DNA of 63,944 bases, the filler included, from Collodictyon triciliatum (taxonomy: Eukaryota): the NCBI GenBank assembly GCA_043381765.1. It is 8 parts of 8 records of this genome, joined end to end, with 100 filler letters (N's around TTAATTAATTAA, not from the genome) between each part and the next. Parts side by side here need not be neighbours in the genome. Positions count along the whole stretch, not along the records: positions 33,797 to 42,158 come from JBHJMP010003459.1; positions 42,259 to 50,614 come from JBHJMP010003460.1; 6 more parts are not named here. One strand, written 5' to 3'. This document shows, piece after piece, positions 36,144 to 49,672 of this stretch. How positions within the stretch are numbered: the first letter of the stretch is position 1; each line of letters begins with the position of its first letter. The position numbers and the translations under genes are program-made. The notes below the pieces were generated by a model. That model was not told the DNA's origin. It did no database searches and saw only the letters and a program-made list of their open reading frames with translations.

Positions 36144-36749
36144 GTCCAAGGCGGGCTGAAAAACCATCATATATTCCCGTGCGTGTGCATCAGAAGAAAA
36201 TGGTGGCAGAACGATAATTTCAAATTAGTGTAATTAATCTGGCATTCAGAATATTTTTTGAGTCTCTTTATGCTCTTTTTTTTTTTTCTTGTGCATTTGG
36301 TTTCCCCTCATTACTTGGCTTAAGCAAAACAAAAGGCAGCCTTATTCGTCAAAACGATTCGGCAGTAGATCCGACAGCCAGCCCGAGTGGAGAAATGAGA
36401 AGGAACAATGGCGTAAATGTTTTTTTTCTTTTTTTGTTTTTATCAACTCGACAAGTTTCGCGCGTCGTTCTACTACTTGCGAACCCTTTGGCTTTTCTCA
36501 GCCCACTTTGAGCCCTTCGCCTCTCGATTTCGGGGTGGTGATCCTCATGGTCGATCAGCGATCAATCAGAATTTGGGTCTGTATATATGGAGTCATATCT
36601 CACATTACAAATTTTCCACATCTGGAATCGATGGCTCTGTGTTCGTGGATTACGTCGACCAGTTTGGTATGTTTAAGGCGCCTTAGGAGCAAAAAGAAAA
36701 GAAAAGAGGGACTCTTGGAAACTTGCCGTTCTTTATTGAAACCCTTTCC

Positions 36750-36860
36750 CAAAAAAAAAGAAAAAAGAAAAAAGAAAAAAGAAAAAAGAAAAAAGAAAAA
36801 AGAAAAAAGAAAAAAGAAAAAAGAAAAAAGAAAAAAGAAAAAAGAAAAAAGAAAAAAAGA
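36750..36860. repeat. A-rich (GAAAAA/GAAAAAA)n array
   Basis: Visible tandem array. Confidence 0.85.
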
Positions 36861-36876
36861 GAGCATCAAGAGAAAA

Positions 36877-39800
36877 TCAAACACTGAGTTTCGAAAATTC
36901 CAGGCTAAGAGAGTCACCCAAGGGCAGGAACTTTGCAAAGTCACCCATCATGACGAAGCTGCAGTCATCATCCCTTCGAAGCGCATTGTGAGCGGCAGAC
37001 CTGACGACAAATAATTACATTTTCGTTCGGTCGAAAGGTTGTCGAAGCAATTTGAGAAATTCAAGATTCGGGTAAAAAAGTAACCTTATCAAGGAATCTA
37101 TTTGTCCGGCAGTCATCCCCACACAAAGTCTTGCAATCACATCACTACTTACATCTGGACCGAGAGGGATACCTCTTTTAAAAGCAATATTTTTTTTTTA
37201 AAAAAATAAAACAACACATACGGATAAAATAGAACATAGAGATATTTGATTTCATGATTTAAGTGAAACACATACCAATAGTCACATAATTATTTAAAGA
37301 ATGACATTTTTTTTACAAAGGAAAATAAAAGGACCTTGCGCAGGTTCTGAACACCTCCAAAGCCTCTTCAAAAGATGCAACTGGGCCAAGTGTGATTATT
37401 TCATCGAATCTGCCTGTTCCATGGGAATATTGATGATGGAAAGAAACAGAAAGAAATCGCGTCTCAGAAAGGAAAAATAACAAGGATAAGGTTACTGTAT
37501 TTAATATTCGCGTTTTATTCTCATTCCTTTTCTAATCTTATTCTTAATCTTTGTTTTCTTCCTCATTTTTTGGTCATTTCAACATAATACCCCACCTGGA
37601 CGCAAAAGAGCTGAGTCCATTATATCTTTACGGTTTGTGCATGCAAGAATAATGACTGGCTTAGAAGCTGCCGCAATTAGAATAAGATCATTACAATTAT
37701 GCCAATAACCAATAGATTTGTGTTGATAGTTAAGGGAAAGGTGGTTTAATGACTATTATAATTATTTATTTAAAGGTGTACAACCCAGGACGGTTTTTTT
37801 TTTATTGGTGGTTCTTGGGCTAAATAATTGTAAAATGTATGCAAATTATAAGGTCCATATTTATCTGTGCAAATTTACTTGATACTCCGTCCATTTCTGT
37901 CAGTAGCTGTGTTAGGACTCGATCTGCTACCATACTTGAAGGATTTCCACTGTCTCCCCCTTTAAAAATTGTTTATCAGAATATAATCATAAATTCATGT
38001 TATTTGTACTCTCCAATTCGAGAATTAAACAAAGAAAAAATTATGATAATCTTAGATTATGAAAAAAAAAAACAGCCCGGCTCGTAGTGACTAGATACAA
38101 TCCACCAACCTGATCTATTTTTTCCTATTATATCTATGTCGTCAATAAACAGAATAGTGGGTGCTAATTTACGTGCCTATACGAGCATATAATTCTCTTC
38201 ATATTTAATGTTCATGTGTAAAGATAAAAATACATATATACAATCGATGTCATATTGCATATTTTGAGGCGAATTTTTTCTTTTTTGTGAAAAATAAACT
38301 GTAGACGAACCCCTTCGAAAGTCTTTCTTATGAAAGCCTCACTATCCCCAAGATACTTTGAGAAAACCTGTGTACTATTTGGGTATTGAGAGAAAGAATG
38401 AACTTTAAATTTTAAATGGATAAAAAAACCCATCAAAGGATTTTCCTTAAGATAATAAGGTTGGTGTTCTTGCAGAATATTCCAAGAAAGCAATTTAGTT
38501 TTGTTCTACAGAATAAGAAAGACATTATATTGAGTGGATATTGATGAGATGTACTATAGAATGCAACCATTTCAGTTCAATAAAGGTGATATCTCGATTG
38601 GAGCCCGCTATAGCTATCGCAAGCCGTGTTTTGCCAACCCCGGAAGGACCTTGAAAAAGGATACCTGCCTCATAAAAAATCAGGATACAATTATAGGAAC
38701 GATCACAAGAGTGAAAACTCCAACATAAGAACAAGATTACCTTTGCACGGGGTAATACCCATTTCCATAAGTCGAGGATATTTTCTTAAAGACCAGTCAA
38801 TAGTTTTCATCACCTTTTCAATGAAACTCTTGTACCTTATTCATTAAAATATTTTTCAATTAACAACAACCCACACACACACAATCATATATTGGGATAA
38901 GTTTCAATTTTATTAGAAAGACAAACCCTCCAAAATCCTCTAGAGTAAATAGTGGGACTGAGGGCTCTGCGATTTGTTGGAGTGAAGGTTGAATTCTCTT
39001 AATCGATCTTTCGAAAAATGTTTTTGGTGGCCACTCGACTAGGGATTCAAAGAAAACATTATAAAATTATAAGCAAAAGGTATCTATAAACCCACAATAT
39101 GCATGTCATCTAAATATAAGAGCGTGATTAAAGAAATCCTGAAATGCGCATACAGGACTTAAGATGGGATGATTTTGACAGAGACGAGGATAATGTGTCA
39201 TGAATAATAAATTCAAGGTCTCTTAAAGAATATCCTGAAGTTTCCTAATAAAAAATGAATAACTTATGATGAATCAAACATGTAATAATTTGAAGCAGAT
39301 TGCGGTTGGTATCATTTGAATACAATTTGGTGACTATGTTAGCAATTAAATCTCAACTATATTTTTTTAAGTTTTAAATTTTCGTGTTTATAAATCTTTT
39401 TAATTTTGGATTACAAATGGATTATTTTATACAATATAATCATTCGTAAAATTGACGAAAGTGCGATTACATTAGAGAGAAGATCCAATATTTCGTCATT
39501 CTTCGATCCAAAAAACTTGCCCATCGATAGCTTTAAATTGATTTCATATTTTTAATTACACTAATTTCATAAAAAATCTAGAAAAATTATTTACCTGATT
39601 AAGTGATTTTTCTAATAAGAGTGGTAGTATCTTTCTTTTCAACGATTTAGTCAACGGAGGGAGCTCAATTAAACGCGTGTTTCCATTTTTTCGGAAAATT
39701 ATTTCGTTGATTCTTGACTTTATTGCTGATGTGCATATCACGGAGCACTACGAAAGTAAGATGAGAAACAAGTGGTATTGGAGTATTTGTCTAATGACCG

Positions 39801-41697
39801 ATTAAGACTAAGCAGGTTTTGGATAAAGACAAACATTTTCTTTATGGCTGAGCTCAATCACATCCAGGATAGGCTCTGATGAATTGAAATTTTCCAACTC
39901 TTCTTCATACTGTGCGTGGGAGGTAAAGCTTTCTATATCATCGATCTATGGACAGGAGAAAAAACATTACATAAATCTCAGAGTTTGAAGAAACTCAAAT
40001 TTAATCGAATTAATGCACTTCCTTCAGGTAAAAATTGAAGGGAAGTGGAAAAATGAGAGAGGGAAAAAAGGCATCGAAGTTCAGGTTGTGTATTTTATTA
40101 TCACCAACATTTTGAAAAACAAATCAAATATCAGGAAATCTTGCCATCATGATGTGATATTGGGAGCTGGCATAAATTTTTTCTTTGATCGCTGGCCTAG
40201 GTCGGTCATATAGGAACATGAATAGATGACATAGTATCCAGAATAAAATGTGCGAGATTGAATATGTATAACTGTGAATTTATTATTATTTTTTTTTTTT
40301 TGTATTTTTGTTGCCAGAACAGAAAAGTTTAGTGTCAGTAGAGTCAACTAAATCAAAAAAGCATACAATTCAGTTGGTGACTTTATCCAATATGTGGATA
40401 CATCCTTGATTTTTTCTTTAATATTTGCATGCAACCAACTAAAGAGTAGAAAATAAGTGACTTTAACATCAGTTTAGGTTATGAAGCATCGACTGACGTT
40501 ATAAACGTTGTTTTTCCACATCCAGATTCGCTGGTGATGACATAGAATCCAACGTGACCCAGGGGATTTCCATTCAATAAAGCGAATCCTAATTGGAACA
40601 ATGTTTACGTATTAATCATTGATATTATAAAGTCTATATTATAAACACTACGAATCGAATAAAGGAAAAAATATAGTCTGTTAAAAATTCATCTCTAGTA
40701 TTATCAATTAAATATTCGGGCTGAAGAAATTTCTAGTAATGTGCATATGATTTCCTACGGATGGATTCTAGTATTTCTTCTTTTTGAACCTCCATGCCAA
40801 CAAAATGACATGCTTCAGAGGTTGTGACAACATCACCTACAAGAAATGATACATCAACAGAGGTTGTTGCGAAGTGAGGCTCATTCCAGTTTTCTTAATT
40901 ATATCCAGGCTATATATAAATTCCGAAGATATGCGCCTGGAAGGGTCTATCATACTCACTTACCTTTGACTTTGTTCGTTTTTTGAACCTTCTCGACATG
41001 AAAAGCAGTGCTTTGTGTAACGTATCCAGATTCGCCTAGATCAAAATAAAATTGAATTTGAATGCCTTAACTTGAAGTATGCATATTGGCACGTCATTCA
41101 TTAGGTAAATTGCACTTTCCATATTATTTAATTACTACTTGTATGTTTTCTCTTGTTTTCTTATAATATTTAGGTATGATTCTTTTAAATTGAGAATTAT
41201 TCAAAAGTACATGGAGGCACTAGGTCGCTGACTGTCAACATAATCCTCCTATCACTCTTCTGCACCACAACGATGGAGCGCTTTTTAATCTTTGGGATGT
41301 AATGAAGTATTATTTTTACCATAAAGCATCTTGTGAAAGGTCGAATATAAGTAATTGTGGAATATATTTGAATTAGACAATATTAGTCAACCAAATAATT
41401 TGTGTGACTGTTGATTTTGAAGTCATAAAGGAAATTATAGATGTATTGTAAGTCATAATGAACCGGAAAGTTCCCAATCGACTCAAGAATTTCGTCATGG
41501 CTGAATGAAAAAGCATCTTCGTTCTCACAATGGAGTGTAAGAGCAGATATAGATGTTGGTGCCTCTTAATAAAAAAAAAATGTAAGGGCTGTCGTATAGT
41601 CTTTTATATGCTTAAACATTTAGAGATGTCAAAAAAAGAAAGTTTATTGAATTACATCATTTATTCTTTGATTTGAACTAATCTCTCACGTTTTAAA

Positions 41698-41729
<32 letters not shown>

Positions 41730-41990
41730 CATTCGGTAATCCAGAAATGAACAATCAATTGAATAACGAAATTTCAAAAATTATGGATAAATTGGTTCTA
41801 GTGCATATGATGGTGGCATTTAATATATAATTGGTGGTCCGGTTTGAGTACTTTCAAGTTCAAATATTGTAGCTGTAGATGCTCGGGTATTCGATGACAA
41901 CGCAAACAGATATACATCGTGATTTATCCATATCTGCGTGGTATAATTGTTGGTGGTTTAGTATATTATTGGTTATTCAATGAATTTTCA
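36877..41990 (-). CDS. Two-domain AAA+ ATPase of the CDC48/PEX1/PEX6/AFG2 clade with a degenerate first domain; many introns
   Basis: D2: GILFQGPSGVGKTRLAIAIA, VFSKYLGDSEAFIRKTF, PTILFIDDID, DRVLTQLLTEMDGV, IILACTNRKDIMDSALLRPGRFD, then RSAAHNALRR...SV-TGA (36877-36879). D1 remnant: SESGCGKTT and IDDIE. 5' end approximate. Confidence 0.85.
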
Positions 41991-42039
41991 ATGAAAATGT
42001 AGCATATTATTGAATGTTGATGTCAGAGTTTAATTTTAC

Positions 42040-42126
<87 letters not shown>
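42040..42126. repeat. (TTA)n microsatellite
   Basis: Visible tandem array. Confidence 0.95.
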
Positions 42127-42127
<1 letters not shown>

Positions 42128-42158
42128 TTTTTAATTTTTTCAAGATCATGTGTTTTTT

Positions 42159-42258
42159 NNNNNNNNNNNNNNNNNNNNNNNNNNNNNNNNNNNNNNNNNN
42201 NNTTAATTAATTAANNNNNNNNNNNNNNNNNNNNNNNNNNNNNNNNNNNNNNNNNNNN
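42159..42258. other. Artificial contig linker
   Basis: N44-TTAATTAATTAA-N44. Confidence 0.99.
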
Positions 42259-43844
42259 TTTTTTGTTTTTTTTTGTTTTTTTGTTTTTTTGTTTTTTTTG
42301 TTTTTGTCTTTCGTGGGATTCGCCTTAGGCTCACTGGCGCATGGCAGCACAACGCGAGGGATGGGTCGGTCAAACACCCAAAGTGCGCAAAAGCAGATAT
42401 TATTAAGTCCATAGGTGCAAATGTAGTGTCCTGCGTGGGAACCTGGACAGGCAGACCAGATGGTGGACTCTTCGACTGATTCAATGATTGTGCAGCCAGA
42501 AGATGGTGAATTGAGACGCAAGGTATCTCGTCGAAGGCTCTGATTCTTTTCTTCCGCCACAATCAAAGTCATAAAACTCTACAGCATGAGAGACAGTTTT
42601 CTTAGAAAGCTGTTCAAGATAGCATATGGCAGATTATTATCAGGCTCAAGTACACATGTTTTTCACGAATGATATTCATTTGTGTGATTCACTGGTGAAA
42701 GAATAAGTTTGTGCTTGACATAAAGGCCGAAGAATATGCCATTTGACTTTCCAGGGTACTCTAGAATCGATGCCGATTTGATATTTTGCCTAAAACATAA
42801 CTTTATAACATAGTGTTACTTTCTCAAAAAACAGCATATTGAAGCCGATTTGCACACGTTCTTTTTTGAAGGAAGCATCTAGCCAAGTTAGTTCATTTGT
42901 TGTGTGGGTCTTTGTTGGTGATTAGATGATACTGAATTGTTGCGAGGTATCATCGGACTCGCCATCTCCAAGAAACATAAGCCTAGGTCAACCCTATAAG
43001 AAATTCATATATGAAGACTGCCAGTTATTTCTCTGATATTGTATTAGTTCTTATTTCTTACGTTCATATTGAGCGATAATAGCAAAGATATTTTCCTATA
43101 TTTTGATTCAAGTGTCTTGTGTAGATCTTGAACCCCACCAGGGGATTACGGTGTTTCCCTGCAGCTGTAAAAAACGGACTTGTCATGGGTACTAGGAGTT
43201 AAAAGAAAATGCTTTTCCTTGAAAAGCGTTCGCGGTGCTGGAAAAAAAAAAGCAGAGGAGATGTGCGACATTATCCACCTACAAGCGAGAGTTTCATATG
43301 CCGCCCAAGTGGTAGTTGCAAACATCAATCATAGACCTATTGCAGCAGGCACTTTGGCACATTGACAAATAATCCTGATTGAAACAAAGTCCGCGTGTGT
43401 TGGTATATCACAAACCACTTCGATTCACGACCTTTTTTGTAAGTATATGCCTGTGTTATTGAGGGAGTAAAGGTTTTGATAAAATAAGCAAGAAATTGGA
43501 GTGATGCTCATTACTGTCAAAATGCTTAAATTTTCGGAGTCGGTTGACAGCATAGAAAAATGGAAAAGAAAAGTTAAATCAAAACAAAACAAATGGCAGG
43601 CCCTCTTCCTTCGATGCTTTGCTTCGGCAACTATGTTGATCTGCATTGGAAACAAGACAAGAGGAGTTTGTACGGCGGGAGTGGAATTCATAGCGTTTGA
43701 TCCCTTTCTTTTTGTTTGCTTTCTCTCTTCAGTCGCTTTGCCAGACAGTTGCTTTTTTCGCTACAAACTTTGCTTTTAAGGGGAATATAATAAAGCTGCT
43801 CTATGTTCTCTGTTATTTTATTTGGTATTTTATTTGTTAATTCT

Positions 43845-44046
43845 ATTTTTAATTTTATTTTTAATTTTATTTTTAATTTTATTTTTAATTTTATTTTTAA
43901 TTTTATTTTTAATTTTATTTTTAATTTTATTTTTAATTTTATTTGTTATTATTTGCTATTTTATTTGTTATTTGTTATTTGTTATTTGTTATTTGTTATT
44001 TGTTATTTGTTATTTGTTATTTGTTATTTGTTATTTGTTATTTGTT
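43845..44046. repeat. Compound (TTTTTAATTTTA)n + (TTATTTG)n minisatellite
   Basis: Two adjacent visible tandem arrays. Confidence 0.9.
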
Positions 44047-44163
44047 CTATTTCTTTCTGTTTTCATACACCACCCAGGAACCATTCGACAGAGGGCCTAT
44101 TTATCTTATCTCTTTATAAATATTAGTAGCTAGCTAGCTGGAGAGCTTTCTGCTCACCACGCC

Positions 44164-45999
44164 ATGTTCATCGATATTGGGAAATTACATCATAATAGCA
44201 ACGATGGTATAAACAACAAATGCTCTTTCGAATCCACGATGCATAAGCGTGAAGTGGGTGAGGCGGCACACTATACCGGAGATGAAAACGAATATTCTCC
44301 TTCTGCATCCGGCAACCAACTTTACAACACAGTTTGTGGCGATGAAACAAAAAACGAATACATAAAAAGGATTTCAATTCCAGCCAAAGTGAATGAAACT
44401 GAGCCATCAGCCAGTCACAGCGAACAAGATCACCAACAAGAAAGCTCTTCTTTTAAAGAAAACCATAGTTCTGATACTCAAATCATTGAAAGCAAGCCCA
44501 AGGCTATCTCGGACGCTCAACACGCCCATATACATGAAACCATAGCTCAACCCCCAAAATGCTTCATGAAACCAAAGAACGAACGTGATGTGATAAAAGC
44601 ATTCAAATATGCCTTGGAAGTCGTTATGTGGTCATTCTATCATTCTTCTCTTCTGAATGTGCTTCCAATTGTCCTTTCTGTCTGCCTATTTGGCTGCACT
44701 TGGGGTTTTGATGTAAATAATGGTAGCATGCTGGTCCATTATCTCACAGTGATGAATTTACTGTTGATAGCGCTGTATGCTACCGTCATTCATGTATGGA
44801 TTTATGTATTTGGAAAAGCTGTTGCCATGAAGTTACTCTACAGAATAAGTGTACCCTTGTGCATGTCTGATGTGCTCATGACAATAATCAAAGAAGTTAT
44901 TCGGCTTCCAATACTCGGTCTCATCAACTATGTCATTTTTCTTTCCCATTCGTGTCTTCTTTTAAGATTCACACGATCAAAAAATAGCAACGTATCTTCA
45001 ACCACATATGCTCATATGAACAGGTATGAAATCCTTTGTTCAGACGGCACTCCAGTGATATTTTTCAAATGCTACATGGCCTTTCTCATCCCTTATTTCA
45101 TTATGTCAGATTATCTACTGCCATATATGGCTGATGCAAACTTTTTGTCTAAACTAATTGGGAGATTGGTCATCGCCCCGTTCCTTTTCTTCCTGTCCGA
45201 TTCATATATGAATAGCTTGGTATTGAAAAAGTCGGATGGGCTTATGAAATATCGAATGGTGGCTGGGAACATTATGACATTTGCAGCACTCCCTATCCTC
45301 AGATTAATGATAACCAACTCTGGTAGTGTAGAAAATACCATATTGTTGGCTGCCTGTTCCTCCATATTTGATATTTTTCTTCGTTTGACATACCTCCCAC
45401 GTAAGGTTTACTATATGAAACTATCGGATTATTTTAAGAATATATGTGTACCGTGTCCAGTACGAGCTAAAGTACACAATCTAGAACAGCAACCGCCATT
45501 CAGTGAAAAGCAAACAAGCAGCCCTTTGGAAGTATCGAACAAGAATGCGAAAAAAGATGAAATATTGATGAGTAAGAAAGGCTTTAGTGAGTTGATGGAA
45601 AGCTTGAATCTATCAGACGAGTTCACAAAGTCTATCATCGATTTTCACATAAATAGATCTGTCTTTAACTCTATGGGCGAATTGCAACTCACGATATACT
45701 CGCCGCTTATCTTGTACCTATGCTATCCCATCAGGAGATATATGACATTTAATACATTCTCCAGTGCTGACCAAATGCTCATCAGTATTTGCATACAACT
45801 GCCCATTGAGTTTTTTACGCAGACAGTTTCGGTGGCCCTTGAAAATTATTTATATGGAATTGAGCTGCCACTAGAAAAGTCATGGAACCACTATGCAAAT
45901 CATCGAGCCATTTTGCATTTCGCTCTGGTCATTTTAAGCTCCTTCTATCTGTCGGTCTCACCATACCAAATTGAAACTGAGAATTGGCCGGATGATTGA
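44164..45999 (+). CDS. Intronless multi-pass membrane protein (611 aa) with disordered N-terminus
   Basis: Long intact ATG-to-TGA ORF; hydrophilic first ~140 aa followed by roughly ten hydrophobic segments. Confidence 0.8.
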   Translation: MFIDIGKLHHNSNDGINNKCSFESTMHKREVGEAAHYTGDENEYSPSASGNQLYNTVCGDETKNEYIKRISIPAKVNETEPSASHSEQDHQQESSSFKENHSSDTQIIESKPKAISDAQHAHIHETIAQPPKCFMKPKNERDVIKAFKYALEVVMWSFYHSSLLNVLPIVLSVCLFGCTWGFDVNNGSMLVHYLTVMNLLLIALYATVIHVWIYVFGKAVAMKLLYRISVPLCMSDVLMTIIKEVIRLPILGLINYVIFLSHSCLLLRFTRSKNSNVSSTTYAHMNRYEILCSDGTPVIFFKCYMAFLIPYFIMSDYLLPYMADANFLSKLIGRLVIAPFLFFLSDSYMNSLVLKKSDGLMKYRMVAGNIMTFAALPILRLMITNSGSVENTILLAACSSIFDIFLRLTYLPRKVYYMKLSDYFKNICVPCPVRAKVHNLEQQPPFSEKQTSSPLEVSNKNAKKDEILMSKKGFSELMESLNLSDEFTKSIIDFHINRSVFNSMGELQLTIYSPLILYLCYPIRRYMTFNTFSSADQMLISICIQLPIEFFTQTVSVALENYLYGIELPLEKSWNHYANHRAILHFALVILSSFYLSVSPYQIETENWPDD

Positions 46000-46346
46000 C
46001 CCCAATCCCATTTCGTAAGCAAATAATATCTCATACTTTCCAAAATGCATACCTCATCCTAATCCTTCTTATAACATAAAATTCCAGGTTCAACACGCTC
46101 TCGATGGACTGATTTTTCGCTCCATCTTTTCTTTTTTTTTGGTTTTTTGGTTTTTTGGTTTTTTGGTTTTTTGGTTTTTTGGTTTTAACGAAAATTTGGT
46201 ACTTCTCCTTTATTAGCACGAACGAGATATACTTTTTTTTTTCTTTAATTTACCCATGGTAGCTTAAGAGGCGATAAAACTGAGTAGTTGTATAAATTTC
46301 GAATCACCATCTTCGAAATGTATTCACCAATGTTATATTTGCCTTC

Positions 46347-46441
<95 letters not shown>
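46347..46441. repeat. (AAC)n microsatellite
   Basis: Visible tandem array. Confidence 0.95.
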
Positions 46442-46442
<1 letters not shown>

Positions 46443-46721
46443 AGAAAAAAGTTAAGATGAAGACTGATTAATGGGCAACGAAATCCAACCCTGTGGTAAC
46501 CGGGGCTGAAATGATGTCAGATTCAATCGAATATTCCAATTTTGTATATTTTCTACGAAATCCATTTTTTTGATCGAATCAGAAAAACCATCGGGTTTGC
46601 GCCAATCAATCTGCTCCAAAGTCTTTTGGCGCACAAAGGCACGAGTGCGGAGCGACCGGCCACCCGCAGCTCATAATAAACAAGGACTTTGTCTCAAACA
46701 GGGCGGAGAAAGTATTCTGCA

Positions 46722-46995
46722 ATGAGTTTCTGGAAGGCTGTTGGTTCGATCGTGCGTTCCACTGGACAGGCACTTGATTCCCTGGGCGCTTCTGTCCAAG
46801 GGCGCTTGGCTGTGACCGAAAAGCGTACGAGCCGCTTCTTTCTCTTTTCTTTTCTTTTTTCTTTTTCTTTTTTCTTTTTTCTTTTCTTTTTTCTTTTCTT
46901 TTTTCTTTTTTCTTTTTTCTTTTCTTTTCTTTTTTCTTTTCTTTTTTCTTTTCTTTTTTCTTTTCTTTTTTCTTTTCTTTTTTCTTTTCTTTTTT

Positions 46996-47045
<50 letters not shown>

Positions 47046-48334
47046 CTCTTTTTCTCTTTTTCTCTTCCATCTCTCTTCTTTGTTTCTTTTTTTATTTAGT
47101 TACCTATTTACCTATGATTCGCTTGTTGTGTTTAGTTTTCGTTTACTCAGCCCAACCCCATCTGATATGTAGTCAACCGCACAAGTCGTTTGGCAGCCCT
47201 TGGCGACAAAGTTCCGCAGGTGGGCGATGATGTTTTTGTTGCCCCGAACGCATCTGTCTTGGGGAACGTGAAGCTCGCCCGCGGAACCACTGTTTGGCCC
47301 GGGACTGTTATCCGAGGTACTTTTTTTTTTTTGGCCGCTTTTATACATTTATTTATTTTATATTATTCAATTTTATGCTGTTCATTTTTCGTCCTGCCTT
47401 TTGCTCATTTGTTTCCTCACATTTGACTTTAAACTAGTTCATTTCACCTATCATTTATAAATGGTAAATAATCATGATTAAATCATACGTAGGCGACCTC
47501 AACAAAGTCGATATCGATGAACATTCTGTCATATCTGAAAACACAGTCATATCGACACAGCCAACTGCTTCCTCTGAGGCCGTGCCGAACACAATCATCG
47601 GCAAAAGAGTTGTGATTGGTATGCATCATTCTCTCCTGACAATAGCATCCATGTTTTAATCCGTTTATCAGTATTAATCAAACAATAATCTTATGACAGA
47701 TGCCGGCTCTATTCTCAATTCGTGTACTATCGAAGACGATGTATACATCGGCGCTGGAGCCATCATACAAAAGGGTGTTCTCATCGGAAAGGCGGCCCAC
47801 GTGGGTGCAGGTTCCATCGTCGCAGAGGGCACACAAATCCCGGCTGGTCAAGTAGATATTATCCTTACTTGGATTATCAATATATATGTTAAATTTTTCA
47901 TTTTTTTTTCATTTTCTTTTTTCTTGCTGACTAAATATTTAATGTAATATAATGATGAAATATTCGATGTGCGGCCATCTCACGAATCCCAATCCAATAG
48001 GTATGGGAAGGGAGACCCGCTCAATATGTCGGAGAAACAAATCCCCACCACCATGCAACCCACTCAAAGGCTGTCAAAGTATACTCTTATGCAATATTTT
48101 TCCTGGAACTCTTTTTGTTTCTCTTCTTTTGTTTCTTTTTGCGTTGTGCAAGATGAGTCTCTTCGATTTCCTGCGCTCTTGCATCTGCAATAATGTGTGA
48201 TTTCGCCTTAGGATGCGTTTGATGTTGCGGCCGACTATGAAGCCGACATCGCCCTTACTGCTGCCGACCGCGACAAGCTGAAGTGGGATGCTATCTTCGG
48301 CCCAAGCAAAGCCAAGAGCGATTACCAATACTAA
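46722..48334 (+). CDS. Mitochondrial complex I gamma-carbonic anhydrase-like subunit (gamma-CA/CAL)
   Basis: Spliced MSFWKAVGSIVRSTGQALDSLGASVQG..., VFVAPNASVLGNVKL...VWPGTVIRGDLNKVDI, hexapeptide repeats, IPAGQVWEGRPAQYV, ending SDYQY-TAA. The N-terminus has the typical G..VR.TGQALD.LG..QG pattern. Confidence 0.9.
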
Positions 48335-48736
48335 GCAGTACCGAATTACATTTAAAGTCAGCCAACCATCAAATAAACCCAGAGAATCCCCCCTGGAAAT
48401 GATGTCGGCCAAGCTCTAGTCCATTACAGCTTCACACATGGTTTGTGTTTGTGCTTTCGTTATTATACCATCAGCAGAACTCACTAGTTTTTTGTTTTTG
48501 TTATTGCTCTTGGCCTCAATCCTCTGTTTTTATTGCCCCCCCCCCCCCCCAAAAAAAAAAAAAAAAAAAGGATGTCTAGGGCTATTTGTTGGCGATGATG
48601 TAGTGCCCATGTGTGCATACTTTTACTATTAGTAGTATTATTGTTTTGTTTTGGTATTTTAGGGGGAAAAAGTGACTTTATTTCGCTTTGTTTTCTTAAA
48701 TGTTTCTAACATCAACGGATTGGATTATTTTAAACT

Positions 48737-49482
48737 TCAATGAGTCATATTTTGGGGGTGTAATAATGATTGGTGGAAATCTAGTGTGTGTATTGTGCCA
48801 TCGATTGTCAGTGCGCAAATTACAGAGTCAGATACAAACGTGGCCGTGTGAATCCAATCTGATAGCGGCGGACTTCGGACAATCTGGTGTGTTCATCGCT
48901 GTGAGTATAGAAAAGCATATATGTTTCATTCATAGCCCATATGATTGAGTTTAATCTCATGATTCCTGTCTTTTTTTCTTCTTTTTTCTTCTTTTTTCCT
49001 TCTTTTTTCCTTCTTTTTTCCTTCTTTTTTCCTTCTTTTTTCCTTCTTTTTTCCTTCTTTTTCCTTCTTTTCCCTTCTTTTCCCTTCTTTTCCCTTCTTT
49101 TCCCTTCTTTTCCCTTTTATCTTCATGAAGAAATAGCGTTAAGATTTTGCGTGATAAACTCATTAATCCTCTCACAAAAAAGATGATTTTGTATCCGAAA
49201 AAAAAGGAATCGTGATATGAGTCTCACGCAAACAGGGATACATAATCAGTATATATGCGTACGTCGTCACCGTCCCAAAAGCAGAGGAAATCAAAGTTGC
49301 CCGTGGCCATCACGAGAAACCTGCCGGAAGCTCTGTGGAGTCCGCGGATGGGATAACCCACATTGGCCACGGCAGCCAAGGAATGTACACTCAGCGAATC
49401 TGGGAGGACTTCGTATATGCATCCGTCCTCGCCTCCGCATAGAATCCGATATCTTGCGTCATCATGCACTTGGATAATCTGT

Positions 49483-49519
<37 letters not shown>

Positions 49520-49638
49520 GTTTTGTTTTGTTTTTGTTTTGTTTTTGTTTTGTTTTTGTTTTGTTTTGTTTTGTTTTGTTTTGTTTTGTTTTGTTTTGTT
49601 TTGTTTTGTTTTGTTTTGTTTTGTTTTGTTTTGTTTTG

Positions 49639-49672
<34 letters not shown>

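Noticed and set aside
36408-36700. Small plus-strand gene between RPB7 and the AAA ATPase
   Set aside because: No consistent exon phase or homology could be established, and the downstream candidate exon is the antisense of the AAA last exon.
46140-46186. (GGTTTTTT)n as an interstitial telomere
   Set aside because: Short, not a recognised telomere unit, and one of many T-rich simple repeats here.
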